IMG/VR virus record: IMGVR_UViG_3300012685_000002
Span: 3,411 to 67,410 of that record
Reading direction: 5' to 3' (one strand)
Source: a virus
Length of the DNA stretch: 64,000 nucleotides
In this document: in pieces, positions 1 through 9,697 of the stretch
Position numbering within the stretch: the stretch's first letter is position 1
Layout: every line of letters starts with the position of its first letter
Notes under the pieces: model-generated
What the model saw: the letters and a program-made list of their open reading frames with translations, nothing else
Told to the model about the DNA's origin: nothing
Databases searched by the model: none
Translations under genes and position numbers: made by a program

Positions 1-153
1 CACCCGGGCGACGCCAGGATGGTCCTGATGGAGCTCGATGCTGTGGATGGTCCCCGATGCCATCGCCGGGACTGCGCCCTGTTGGGGCATCCCCTGCTGG
101 GCATGGGCCGTCTTCACGAGCTTCGAGAGATCTCCGGTCGTTGGTCCGCGCAT
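1..153 (-). CDS. hypothetical protein, runs off left window edge (MRGPTTGDLSKLVKTAHAQQ...)
   Basis: ATG at 153 preceded by GGAG; open frame to position 1; not in ORF track because truncated. Confidence 0.55.
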   Translation of the reverse strand, partial: MRGPTTGDLSKLVKTAHAQQGMPQQGAVPAMASGTIHSIELHQDHPGVARV

Positions 154-676
154 TGTCTGCTCCCTGTGGACGTTCCCCTGCAAGATAGCTACCTACCCAA
201 GCTCCCGCAACACATGGGATTGCGAGCCAGGCACTCTGCGAGACCGCGATGGCAATGACCGAGAGGGAAGCGATGAGTTCGTAGGTTGCGGAGTAGTTCG
301 CTCGACCCAGACGTGTCGCGGCATCCTGCCACTTACACGCCAGCCAGTCGAGCAATGCCGTGGAAATGAAGAGTGCTGCCCAGATGAGTACCCGCATAGG
401 ACCCAAGGTACCATATAGCCCAGTAGGGGTGTCAATATCCCCTAGGGTAAGTCGATGGGACCCAAGATCTAACGGCGGTGCATGCTCACGAGGAAAAGGT
501 ACAGTGGGTGCGTGCTCACGAGGACTCTCCCGGTGCGCTTTTGATGTCATCATCTGATGATACATCGGGTCGGGATGGGACCCTAAAGCATGCTTCTGCA
601 TGGAGTTAGCTGCGGGGATGGGGACAACGGGAGGGAATGATCGGGGCGCAAGTTGCACGCCCCGACCACGTTACCG

Positions 677-1228
677 CTACAACCAACTTGCGATCTCCTG
701 CGGGGTTGCGGCGGCTTTCTTTCCGCTCGGCCGTTCCGCCTTGCTCGCTTCGGCGTCCGCCTTGACGGCGAGGATGTACCCTCCGCGCCGAGGGGCGGCG
801 AGAATGACACCGCCCGCATTGGTCTCCTTCGCGAACGTGCCAGCCTTGCACGCCTCCACGAAGTCTACCGGAGGCGCGATCAGCCCCGCCGTCACCGCAA
901 GGGCATACTGCTTGCTGAGCGCCGGGCGACGAGCTTTCCCGGGTTCGGCGTAGGGTGAGTAGTTTTGATGCACCCAACTGAAGCGAGGCTGACGGCCCGC
1001 AAGCTCAAACTGGGCCGCCGTCGCGATCAGTTCGGGGTGAGTGGCGGTCACGTCGAGCCCGAGCAGGGCGCACGCGCCGTTGTGAACCTGCTTGCGTTGC
1101 GCGTCCGTCAAGCCCGCAAAGGCTTGCGGCTCGGACACATACGCCAGTGCCACCGCAGTATTGTGCGCGCAGTTGTTGCGGATAAGCCGCACAATCGCTT
1201 CGATGGGTTTCAACTTGGCCGTTGCCAT
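677..1228 (-). CDS. hypothetical early protein
   Basis: ORF 677..1303; likely start MATAKLKP at 1228 with upstream GGAG. Confidence 0.6.
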   Translation of the reverse strand: MATAKLKPIEAIVRLIRNNCAHNTAVALAYVSEPQAFAGLTDAQRKQVHNGACALLGLDVTATHPELIATAAQFELAGRQPRFSWVHQNYSPYAEPGKARRPALSKQYALAVTAGLIAPPVDFVEACKAGTFAKETNAGGVILAAPRRGGYILAVKADAEASKAERPSGKKAAATPQEIASWL

Positions 1229-1725
1229 AAGGTTAGCTCCGATCAGTGCCACCGTTTCGCGCCGATGGTCCGCGCCGAGCGGGACCGCGCCCGCTCCCGA
1301 CACTCTAAGTTACCGCCTACCCGCAAGGGGCCGGATCGGCCAGCTTGCGCGTGCATCAGATGTGGATTTCTCTCAGCCTGGAAACATTGGGCTGTCTACT
1401 GCTGTGGGATATACGCAGCGTCACGGTCGTAGAACACGACTGCACCGAGCCCGCGATCCCAAGCGCCATACAGGAAGCCTGTGAAGAACGCTCTGAAATG
1501 GCGTGCCGCGTGCTCACCGTGCTTGGGATGAATGCCAGTGCTGTCTTGGTAGTAGCACTCTGGCTTGATCGTGCGAACATCTGGCAATGGTGAGTAACCC
1601 ATTGCATCTAGCATCTTTACATCACGGGGATCAATCTCAGCGGGCATAGCTCCCTCCTGAGGGGTGGGGCGCGGCCCGGACCACGACCGCGACCCCCCAA
1701 GGTACGGGCTAGCCGCAAGGACATC

Positions 1726-1941
1726 TTAGGCGGAGTGACAAGTGCAGGGTTTCAGCTCGACCACAATGCCCATGGCATCAGCATCTAGGTCGTTGTACAA
1801 CTGAGCGTGTTCTGCGGCAGCCGCAGCACTGTGAAATGGGCCATCGACGCTCACGTCCTGCAGCATTGGAACTGCAGGGGAGATATGCAGCACGGCGTAG
1901 ATCATTGCCACCCCGCTTGTAAGGGCTGAATAGCACGACAC
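1726..1941 (-). CDS. small hypothetical protein
   Basis: ORF with phage-like GPFxSxxxAxxxA motif; start uncertain. Confidence 0.4.
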   Translation of the reverse strand: MSCYSALTSGVAMIYAVLHISPAVPMLQDVSVDGPFHSAAAAAEHAQLYNDLDADAMGIVVELKPCTCHSA

Positions 1942-2103
1942 TTAGGACACGGTGGACTGTGATGGCCACGATCCACCGCGTACTCGTAATGGCATGCGAC
2001 ACAAGCGGTTGTGCTGTAGGGGATCTTGTAACTGACGCCAGCACTCGCGCCACCAGCATGCTTGCGGGACTTACGAATACCCACAGGCAGCCGCTTTACG
2101 GCG

Positions 2104-2556
2104 CTAGAATGGGATGTCATCGACTAGCTCCTCTCGTGTCACGAACACATCACGGTCGAAGTCGTAGGAGACGCCAACATCGAGACGCTTCTTTCCTGCC
2201 ACATCCATCACGATCTCCTCTGATTCATCACAAGCACAGCACTTCTTGCAGCGGTAGTTGTTGAGATTAGCCAGGCCCTTCTCAGCATCTCTGTGACAGG
2301 TTCTTGCACACGCGCTACAGAGCACCAGCAAACCTTTGCATCCTCCGCAGAAGGCGAGTGCATGCTTCACCCTCACAGGCTCTAGCATCTCTGTGTAGCG
2401 GTAGCCATCCTCGGTCATCTTCACGAAGCGAGCAGCGCCACACTCATGGCACAACGCATGGCCCTCGCCTTCCTCGGCCCAGCTGTGCACATGTTCAGCA
2501 GCCTTCAGCCCTACGAAGGCTGTGGGCAGTGGGAACTGGTTAGTGTGCTTAACCAT
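2104..2556 (-). CDS. Cys-rich (Zn-binding) hypothetical protein
   Basis: several CxxC pairs; acidic DDIPF C-terminus; AAGGA upstream. Confidence 0.6.
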   Translation of the reverse strand: MVKHTNQFPLPTAFVGLKAAEHVHSWAEEGEGHALCHECGAARFVKMTEDGYRYTEMLEPVRVKHALAFCGGCKGLLVLCSACARTCHRDAEKGLANLNNYRCKKCCACDESEEIVMDVAGKKRLDVGVSYDFDRDVFVTREELVDDIPF

Positions 2557-2726
2557 GAGGCGTTCCTTGCTTTGTGCACAGCAGCACAGGCACTGTGTCC
2601 AGCTGCCCGCCTGCGGTGCGTACGGTGTCCGCTGCGGGTGCCCACTCCAAGCACGGAGAAGTCACCGTGATGCAGCCTGCGAGCAAGCCCAGCAGCAGGT
2701 AGAGCAATCCTCTGAGTAGTCGCATC

Positions 2727-3113
2727 TTAGCCTCCTACAGGGAGTTGCAACAGATGGCAGCGATAGACGAAGTACAGGACTGGATGCTTCTCCTCGTTCG
2801 GTGCGGGCTGCAGCAAGTAGTGCAACAGCTCATGCACAACGGTCACGCTATCGTTCAGCGTGAGTGGATCAAGGATGATCGTATCTGGAGCGATCCACAA
2901 GCCAATCATCGCGTGGAAGCGATCCTTGACGCGCAGATCATCGACGTACCAGTGCACTCGTGCCAAGTCGAAGCCAGGCTTTGGCTTGAGTTGACTGCAG
3001 GACTGCGCCGCCTCCCATGCTTGGGGAGCAATCGCAGGCATAGCAATCGGCAACGGTCGTTGTGACATAGCGATGAGCAACAGTACCCACAGTCCAAGCG
3101 CGATGACTTTCAT
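2727..3113 (-). CDS. membrane-anchored or secreted zincin-like protein
   Basis: N-terminal hydrophobic segment; HELLH (HExxH) motif; GAGGAGG SD. Confidence 0.6.
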   Translation of the reverse strand: MKVIALGLWVLLLIAMSQRPLPIAMPAIAPQAWEAAQSCSQLKPKPGFDLARVHWYVDDLRVKDRFHAMIGLWIAPDTIILDPLTLNDSVTVVHELLHYLLQPAPNEEKHPVLYFVYRCHLLQLPVGG

Positions 3114-3772
3114 AGAGCCTCCTCTGACCAGCCCGGGCTATCAGTCCTGGCCCAGCCCTTGGGCATTCACAACATTGCCGCCACTCGCACTAACTAAGTG
3201 TCCAGGCGCTGCATGTCGCTAGGTCAGCAGTAAGGGGTTTCAGGTAGTAGGAACATGTGATGCTGTATACTACCTGATGTGCTCACAACCTGACAGGCCG
3301 GTAACTCCCGATCCAAGGCTGTGTTGGAGCATACGTGTAACATGTGCACAAGTGGCTCAGCTTGCGTGCAACCCGCAGAGGCCGCTATCTCGTTGCAGCG
3401 AGTAGGCTTCACGGTGAGGAAGCGCCCTGATCTCGTACACCGTAGACATGGCCAGGACACAAGCCATGTTAGAGCAGACTGGGAGGGAAGACTAGCACGG
3501 ACTGTCTAGTGATGTGCACCAGATCTGCACGGTCACCACAGAGCAAGGTCAGTTGCTCGTGCGTGGTAACACGCCAGAGGGTAAGGTGACCAGCATAGTG
3601 CTGTGTCGCTCGTCAGCGAGAGACGCTATTACGTCTCCCTTACCCGTTAAAGCTAGGCTGGGAGTCGCACCCAGCCCCTGCTACCTCAGGACACAATGGC
3701 CCGCCCGCCTACTGGCGCGTTGAGATGGCTCACATTGGACAGGCTCTCGCCTGCACCCTAGCTCTCCAGGGG

Positions 3773-4156
3773 CTAGCCCTGAATCTTGCCCAGGCTGACC
3801 AGCGCAGCCTGAGAGTTGTACTCACCGGCGCCGTACGCTCTGGCCGTCGGTGCTTCGGGGAAGATGGCCAAGAGTGCTTCCTTGGCGCTCTGTGCGTGCT
3901 GCCCGAAGTGTGAACTGCCGCCCTTGATCTCGCTGATCGAACGGCTGTTGGCTTCCCCCAGCAGCTTGCCAGCTGCGTAAGCCCGGGGGAATGCACGCCC
4001 ACGCACGGTGGCCGTGCTGTTGGTCTTGTTGCTCTGATCGTCCGGACCCCGCACCAAGCCAAGCACGTCCCAGAGACGCTTCGTCTCCATCGGGTCGCCG
4101 TAGGTGAAGAACTCGTCCAGCGCTTGCAGAGCGCTCTTCGCGGTCGTTGCAAACAT
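3773..4156 (-). CDS. hypothetical protein
   Basis: start MFATTAK with GGAGG SD. Confidence 0.7.
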   Translation of the reverse strand: MFATTAKSALQALDEFFTYGDPMETKRLWDVLGLVRGPDDQSNKTNSTATVRGRAFPRAYAAGKLLGEANSRSISEIKGGSSHFGQHAQSAKEALLAIFPEAPTARAYGAGEYNSQAALVSLGKIQG

Positions 4157-4446
4157 TACAACCTCCAGTTGGAGTGAATCAGTGGGACCACTGTACTGCA
4201 ACCGCAAACTGGACCATGCGTTACTGCGCTTCGCAGTGTGCACACCGCTAACGCTCCCACCCTTTCCATGAGCTAGGAAAGCCAGGGGCTTTACGGAGAG
4301 CGTTCACCCGCCGTTTCCCTGCTGCAAGCCTTTCTCCTCACGCACAATCCAGTCAATGACGTGCTGGGCCTTGCGCATCTTACGGACGTGGTGGTCTACC
4401 CGCTGCAGCGAATAGAGAGTAGCAGCCGTATCAGGCCCAGCGTTAG

Positions 4447-4732
4447 TAGCAGCGACTGGCTTTGAACCAGTGTCTCTCGGTTGAGACCGAGTGTCCTAGC
4501 AGAGATAACTCCTCAAGCTACAGAGACTTATGATAGCCATGCTATCTAGTCTAGGGTATCGTGCGCCTGCAACTCCCCATCTTGCAACTAGACTCACAAG
4601 CTGTTAAAGCACTCGAAAGCACCACGGTGGGGACCTAACACACCCTCCCAGCTTGGACCTAGCCACTCAAGGGCGACATGAGCACATGGCTCCTCTGATT
4701 CCCTTGCGGGAAACCCGCTAGACGACGCTGCC
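4447..4732 (-). ncRNA. tRNA-Glu-like scaffold RNA with ~215-nt insertion in the D-loop
   Basis: acceptor GGCAGCG/CGCTGCT, D stem GTCT/GGAC, anticodon arm CTCGG-TCTCAA-CCGAG, T arm ACTGG-TTCAAAG-CCAGT. Confidence 0.7.
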
Positions 4733-4739
4733 GTACTGC

Positions 4740-5102
4740 CTACTTCCCGATTGCCTTCTTCAGCTTCTCGCGCAGCTTGCCCTTCGGGCTGTCCGCGCCG
4801 CTAACGATCCGACTCCGGAGATCCGCGTTGAGCCAGCCCTTAGCTTTGCGGGTCTCACTGATGCGGAACGTGCCCTTGCCTTCGATGAAGGCCACAGCGC
4901 TGATGGGGCAGAAGTCTCCGCCCGCATCCTCCCTGATCTTCTGTCTGGCCAGCTCGGCCACCTCACCGTTGACCACCGTGCCACCGATGCGAAGCTTTAG
5001 TGCCTCTGGCCGTATGGTCGCACGAAGCGTACCGCCTTGAACCGTCCACTTCAGGTACGCGGTGGTCTTGCTCAGCGCCTTCAGAAAAGATTGCAACGTC
5101 AT
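4740..5102 (-). CDS. basic hypothetical protein
   Basis: start MTLQSFLK with GGAGG SD; lies between two tRNA-like RNAs. Confidence 0.75.
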   Translation of the reverse strand: MTLQSFLKALSKTTAYLKWTVQGGTLRATIRPEALKLRIGGTVVNGEVAELARQKIREDAGGDFCPISAVAFIEGKGTFRISETRKAKGWLNADLRSRIVSGADSPKGKLREKLKKAIGK

Positions 5103-5125
5103 GATTCCTCCCGGGTTGAACTGCA

Positions 5126-5261
5126 TAGCCAAGCAAGGATTCGAACCTTGATCTCCCACCAGAGAGGCGGGGGTCCTCGGGAACAGTCCTGCATTTAAGT
5201 AGTGTGCCACCAGTTCCCCTATGCTATCATCAGCAATAGCATACCCTTAGACGACTCGGCC
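5126..5261 (-). ncRNA. tRNA-Glu-like scaffold RNA with ~65-nt D-loop insertion
   Basis: acceptor GGCCGAG/CTTGGCT, D stem GTCT/GGAC, shortened anticodon loop TCTCT, T arm CAAGG-TTCGAAT-CCTTG. Confidence 0.72.
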
Positions 5262-5270
5262 AAGATACAG

Positions 5271-5380
5271 TTGCCTCAGCAGGACTCGAACCTGCGACCT
5301 TCCATGTGTGACCGCGTGCAGTTGCTGTCCTCATGCAGGGCGGTATTGAATGGACGCTCTACCAACTGAGCTACGAGGCA
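5271..5380 (-). ncRNA. tRNA-like RNA with 44-nt structured anticodon loop (intron-containing tRNA or scaffold RNA)
   Basis: acceptor TGCCTCG/TGAGGCA, canonical D arm GCTC-AGTTGGTA-GAGC, anticodon stem TCCAT/ATGGA, T arm GCAGG-TTCGAGT-CCTGC. Confidence 0.8.
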
Positions 5381-5433
5381 GTGGTGGGCCGCAGCTTGCG
5401 CTGCTTTATACCGGTAACCGGAGCCCGTTACTG

Positions 5434-5715
5434 CTAGTAGCGGTCGCCGTTCAGCGGCGCCCCCACCTTGATCCCACCGACGGTGGCTTCCGCCCACGTC
5501 AGGTCGTTCGTGATCTTGCGGACCTGCTGCGCCCGGAGCGACACGGCGGTCAGCAGATCGCTGGCCGTCTTGAAGACCGTCGCTTGCTGTTCGTTCGTCA
5601 CGAACTTGAACTTCCCGTTCGGCTGCACCTGCACGTACTTCTGCGTGCTGACCTGGTGGACCCGCCAGTTCGGGTGTGCGATGCGCCGTGCGGGCTTGGT
5701 GCACAGGACGTACAT
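5434..5715 (-). CDS. hypothetical protein
   Basis: ORF with GAGGA SD, typical codon usage. Confidence 0.7.
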   Translation of the reverse strand: MYVLCTKPARRIAHPNWRVHQVSTQKYVQVQPNGKFKFVTNEQQATVFKTASDLLTAVSLRAQQVRKITNDLTWAEATVGGIKVGAPLNGDRY

Positions 5716-5916
5716 TGACTGTTCCTCTCTGCAGAGGTTCGCTGCGTTATGGTGGACACCTGAGCTAGGAACGCAGCCCTGCCCTAGCCATGTCTGGGTT
5801 GCTGTAGAGCACGCATGCGGTAAACAGGCCTAACATAAGTAGGCCCATCAGCAGCATCGCGAAGACCGCTGCGAGCAACGCAAAGCGCTTGTGTCGTGAC
5901 ACTCCTGCCCTCCCCT

Positions 5917-7908
5917 CTACTCCCAGCTTCCTGCCTCTCTAAGCTGAGCAGTAACGTCGTGTGGATCTGGTATGGCAGCAGGCGGTAAGGCGTGCCTGCT
6001 GGGTTCTGGGACCTTCTGATTGTCCAACGCCTCCTTGACCCGAATCTCGTACCACTGCACGAGTTCGTGGCTCTCCTTGCTGTGTGTCGTGCAGGGCGAG
6101 ACATAGGGCAGCATGCAGCCCCGGGGATACTTCGGTGCCGCTTGATTGAGCGGGAGTCGTGAGTGCTTCCACACTCCGTTCTGACGTGCGGCGACGATGT
6201 TGTTGCTGCACTGGCTGCAGTGATGCACGCACACCGTCACCTCAAGTGCAGGAATCTCTTGATGGACAGTGCCCGTAAGAGCCTTGGGCTTGACTCGCAC
6301 GCGACTGTGTGTGGCAAAGCTGCAGGTATCTGCATGCTGCCCATTGTTGACGGTGAGGTTGTAGTAGCACTCGCTGCAAAAGCCGTCACCTTCGGCCCTT
6401 GTCCCACGCTCACCACCCCAGTCTGGGCAGATGATGCTGTGTCCATCAGCGATCTTGCGGTGACAGTAGCCGCACAAGTCAGGCTTGTTCCAGATGCACT
6501 GCGGCTTGTGGTTGGGCAGCAGCTCAGCGCACGTCTCGCAGGTGCGCTGTGGTGTGGGTAGTGAACGAACATTCCCCTTGCCGCCCGGAACACCCACCGA
6601 GAATGCCCCATCGTTGGGACACTCCGCCTTGTGGACGTATGTGTTACGACAGGACGGGCAGGGCGAGTGAGCAACAGCGGCCTTCTCGCACTCCGTGCAC
6701 GATGCAGCGATAGGCTTTCCGTGCAGACAAACGCGCACCTTGCCGGTAGCGGCCCGGCTGGGGCGCTTGTGGCACCACAGCTTGTGTTCCTCGACGGGCG
6801 CAAGCTCCGCCGCGCCGCAGTAGCACAGAACGTCGTCCCTGTTCTGGTAACTGTCGGCCATCGGTGTGGCTGCTGGCAGCAGCAACAGCTGGTGTTCCTT
6901 GTCCGCTGCCAGCTCCGGAGGGTAAATCTTATCGAGCATCCGCACCGCTTGCCACCGCTGGATCTTGGCCTTCTCCACGAACTTCCGCACCTTGGCGGCC
7001 AGCTTCTTGCGCTTCTTGCCGCTGATGGTGGCCAAGTCGATCTTGTCTACCTCCTTGATCAGCTCCTCCACATCGGAGACGAACATGCTGCCGACATGGT
7101 AGTAGCTGACGCCGCCGTACTGCGTCACCGGCGCGTAGGTCCGTGCACGGAACTTGAACTGTTCCAGCTTGTCCAGCTTGAGCAGCTTCTTGAGTACGGT
7201 GCGCGTGTGCATCCAGGCGCCGAGCAGCAGCATCTCCCCATCGCTGTGCTCGTGCCAGAAGCCCGCCGAGAGGTTCACGCCGCACAGCAGGATCTCGCCG
7301 CAGATGTGGCGGATGTCTGTGCTGCTGCCCTCGAACTCCCGCCACGGCTTGTTCTCGAAGTCGAACTTGCTGAGCGTGGACGTGATGAACGCCTTGAACT
7401 TGTCCGTGCCGACATCGTAGAACACTGCTTGCCGGTCACCACGCCGGTCTACCTGGACCGCGAACTGGTGCTTCTCCAGCTCCTTCTTGATGTCCTGCAC
7501 CGCTGCACGGGCGCCCACCAGTCCACGCTCTTCACCGGTGGTGACGAGCAGGGAGTGAGAGCCATCCCACAGATCGTACATCAACGCACACCCAGCACGG
7601 TCATCAGCGCCGAGTGGGCCACTGGCGACAGCACCCTTGCCCCACCCACCGCCGGACTGCCCACCGATGCGGCAGCACACATCGCCGATCCAGAGCAGAT
7701 CGTTGATGGGCTTGTCTTCGTGTACCGTGTCAGCATGGGCCACGCACAACACACGGTCAGGCCGCTTGCCGGGGATGTAGACCCACTTGAAGCCCGGCTC
7801 TTTGTTCCGGATCGCTCCTGGCAGCTTGAGGAACTTCGCCACCACCTCATCTTCGGTGGGACGCAGGAAGTTCTCCAACAGCCGCTGCTGTTCTGTCAGC
7901 TTGATCAT
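5917..7908 (-). CDS. M28/M20-like zinc metallopeptidase with C-terminal Cys/His Zn-finger repeats
   Basis: AHADTVH, LGADDRAG, GEERG, DRRG, GSSTD and EHS motifs; repeated CxxC..HxxxC. Confidence 0.8.
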   Translation of the reverse strand: MIKLTEQQRLLENFLRPTEDEVVAKFLKLPGAIRNKEPGFKWVYIPGKRPDRVLCVAHADTVHEDKPINDLLWIGDVCCRIGGQSGGGWGKGAVASGPLGADDRAGCALMYDLWDGSHSLLVTTGEERGLVGARAAVQDIKKELEKHQFAVQVDRRGDRQAVFYDVGTDKFKAFITSTLSKFDFENKPWREFEGSSTDIRHICGEILLCGVNLSAGFWHEHSDGEMLLLGAWMHTRTVLKKLLKLDKLEQFKFRARTYAPVTQYGGVSYYHVGSMFVSDVEELIKEVDKIDLATISGKKRKKLAAKVRKFVEKAKIQRWQAVRMLDKIYPPELAADKEHQLLLLPAATPMADSYQNRDDVLCYCGAAELAPVEEHKLWCHKRPSRAATGKVRVCLHGKPIAASCTECEKAAVAHSPCPSCRNTYVHKAECPNDGAFSVGVPGGKGNVRSLPTPQRTCETCAELLPNHKPQCIWNKPDLCGYCHRKIADGHSIICPDWGGERGTRAEGDGFCSECYYNLTVNNGQHADTCSFATHSRVRVKPKALTGTVHQEIPALEVTVCVHHCSQCSNNIVAARQNGVWKHSRLPLNQAAPKYPRGCMLPYVSPCTTHSKESHELVQWYEIRVKEALDNQKVPEPSRHALPPAAIPDPHDVTAQLREAGSWE

Positions 7909-9203
7909 ACGAACATCCCCCCAGCGAGAACCGCTGCTTTGTTGTCCACCTCAGGATAGGGCCAGACCTTCGGCAGCTCCAGCTCAGGGAGCGGACGCCC
8001 CGGGCCAGCGCCATTGCGTGTGTAGAGCCCCAGCTTGTCAGCGTAGTTGAGCACCTCACGGAGATAGTGCTCGGTGTACTTGGTGCGGAAGGCTGTCTTG
8101 CCCGCGAGATAGGTGCAATCCGCGTTCGTGTAGAACGCTTGATTCTGGTGATCGCGGATGCTGATGACATGCCCACCGAAGGCTTCTGGAGCTGGCACGT
8201 TCAAGCCTGCTTCAACCGCTGCGAGCACCGCTGGATAGACCAGCTCCTTCGTGAGCCCGTAGAAGTTGCTCACCACGCAGCCTCTGCGGGGAATCCCGAT
8301 GCCCCAGCCCCGACCTTGGGGCTTCCCAGCTTCCTGCGCCTGCTTGAGCTTCTTTCCCCCCTCATCTGCGGCGGTGCCCCGATACGTCAGCATCACGAAG
8401 GAGTCGGGTAAGTCAGCCGCTAGGAACAGCTTGGAGCTGTCATGCAGTCCGGCATTACGGTAGCAGGACCCAGCGTCGATCCCCTCGTAATGGCCGAGAC
8501 TCAGGAAGGCAGAGGGTCTGGCAGTGAGGGTGACGGCGACGGGCACTTGCTGCCCCACCCACACCGACTCGCCCAGCTGGACGAACAGCTTCTCGTACAC
8601 CTCGCTGATGTCCGGCCACTGCTTCGTGATCCCTGCATCCTCCAGGGCCTCCATGATGAGTGGAGCGATCCGCTGGCCCACCCGTGCTTTGATCTTGATG
8701 TACTTCCGCACCTCACGACCGCTGCGTGTCTCACGCTCCACGTACTGGCCAGCGGTGACGTAGACACCCTTGCTGGGCAGCTTGTAGCCGTCGTAGTTCT
8801 CTTGGATGGTCTTGGCGCACAAAGCGTTCTGTGCCTGTGCAACCGCTCCCACACCATCTGCACCGATGTGCATGTCCACGATGAACTGACGTGGACCATA
8901 CGCTGCGAAGCCACCGGCTTCATATCCGTTCTTGCAGAGCACCGTATTGATCGCCGCGACGAACTTATCGTACACGGTCTTGGCAGCCCGCTTCGCTGCG
9001 GTAGGATCTTCGATGAGCGTGACGGGACCCTGATGCTCCCATCCTTCCCACATCTCCAAGAGCTGCCGATGCATGTGGGCGCACCGTTGCACGAACGTCT
9101 TGACGGGCATCCGAGGCGGTGTCTTCAAGCCTGGATACTTCGTCAGGAACGTCTCGCAGCGCTTGATCTCCTCTGCGACCAGCTGTTCCATGAGCGGTGG
9201 CAT
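7905..9203 (-). CDS. hypothetical protein (432 aa), coupled to the peptidase gene
   Basis: long ORF with 4-nt overlap to the downstream start; GGAGG SD. Confidence 0.8.
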   Translation of the reverse strand: MPPLMEQLVAEEIKRCETFLTKYPGLKTPPRMPVKTFVQRCAHMHRQLLEMWEGWEHQGPVTLIEDPTAAKRAAKTVYDKFVAAINTVLCKNGYEAGGFAAYGPRQFIVDMHIGADGVGAVAQAQNALCAKTIQENYDGYKLPSKGVYVTAGQYVERETRSGREVRKYIKIKARVGQRIAPLIMEALEDAGITKQWPDISEVYEKLFVQLGESVWVGQQVPVAVTLTARPSAFLSLGHYEGIDAGSCYRNAGLHDSSKLFLAADLPDSFVMLTYRGTAADEGGKKLKQAQEAGKPQGRGWGIGIPRRGCVVSNFYGLTKELVYPAVLAAVEAGLNVPAPEAFGGHVISIRDHQNQAFYTNADCTYLAGKTAFRTKYTEHYLREVLNYADKLGLYTRNGAGPGRPLPELELPKVWPYPEVDNKAAVLAGGMFV

Positions 9204-9204
9204 C

Positions 9205-9612
9205 TCAGCCTCCCCGTTGCCCAGGTGGATTTACAGGCCACTGCAGCCCCTGTGGAGCAATGGCAGCCATGAACTGCCCCAACTGCTGCGGCAGAATCTG
9301 CTGTTCCAGCACGGCGGCCATAGCACCTTCTAGCCAAGGATGCACCTTTCTCACCGGCCTAGCTTCCTCCGTGTGATTCATCATCTCGATTTGCATCCAC
9401 ACTTCTGCGGTCTTCAGCGGTTCTACGGTGATGGTGATGACGTTGGCTCCATCCCGTTCGATGTACATGTCGGCACCGCACGAGCAGCCGTATTCATACG
9501 GCTCTCGCCTGCCAGTGCGGACATCCCAGCCACCCCCTTGCCGCTTCCACTCATGCTGATGCGGTGGAGGCGCTGCAGGCGGTAGTGGAGCGGTATCCGG
9601 ATACTTGAGCAT
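9205..9612 (-). CDS. hypothetical protein (HxHxW...CxCG)
   Basis: ORF with GGAGG SD. Confidence 0.7.
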   Translation of the reverse strand: MLKYPDTAPLPPAAPPPHQHEWKRQGGGWDVRTGRREPYEYGCSCGADMYIERDGANVITITVEPLKTAEVWMQIEMMNHTEEARPVRKVHPWLEGAMAAVLEQQILPQQLGQFMAAIAPQGLQWPVNPPGQRGG

Positions 9613-9697
9613 GATTCCTCCCCGTGCTGCGCTCCAACCCCTTCACGCAGCACACTAACGTGGCCGTCCAACTTCGGAGTATTGCAGGGGTCCCACG

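Noticed and set aside
5103-5210. N-terminal extension of ORF 4740..5210
   Set aside because: Overlaps the tRNA-like RNA; a strong SD precedes the ATG at 5102
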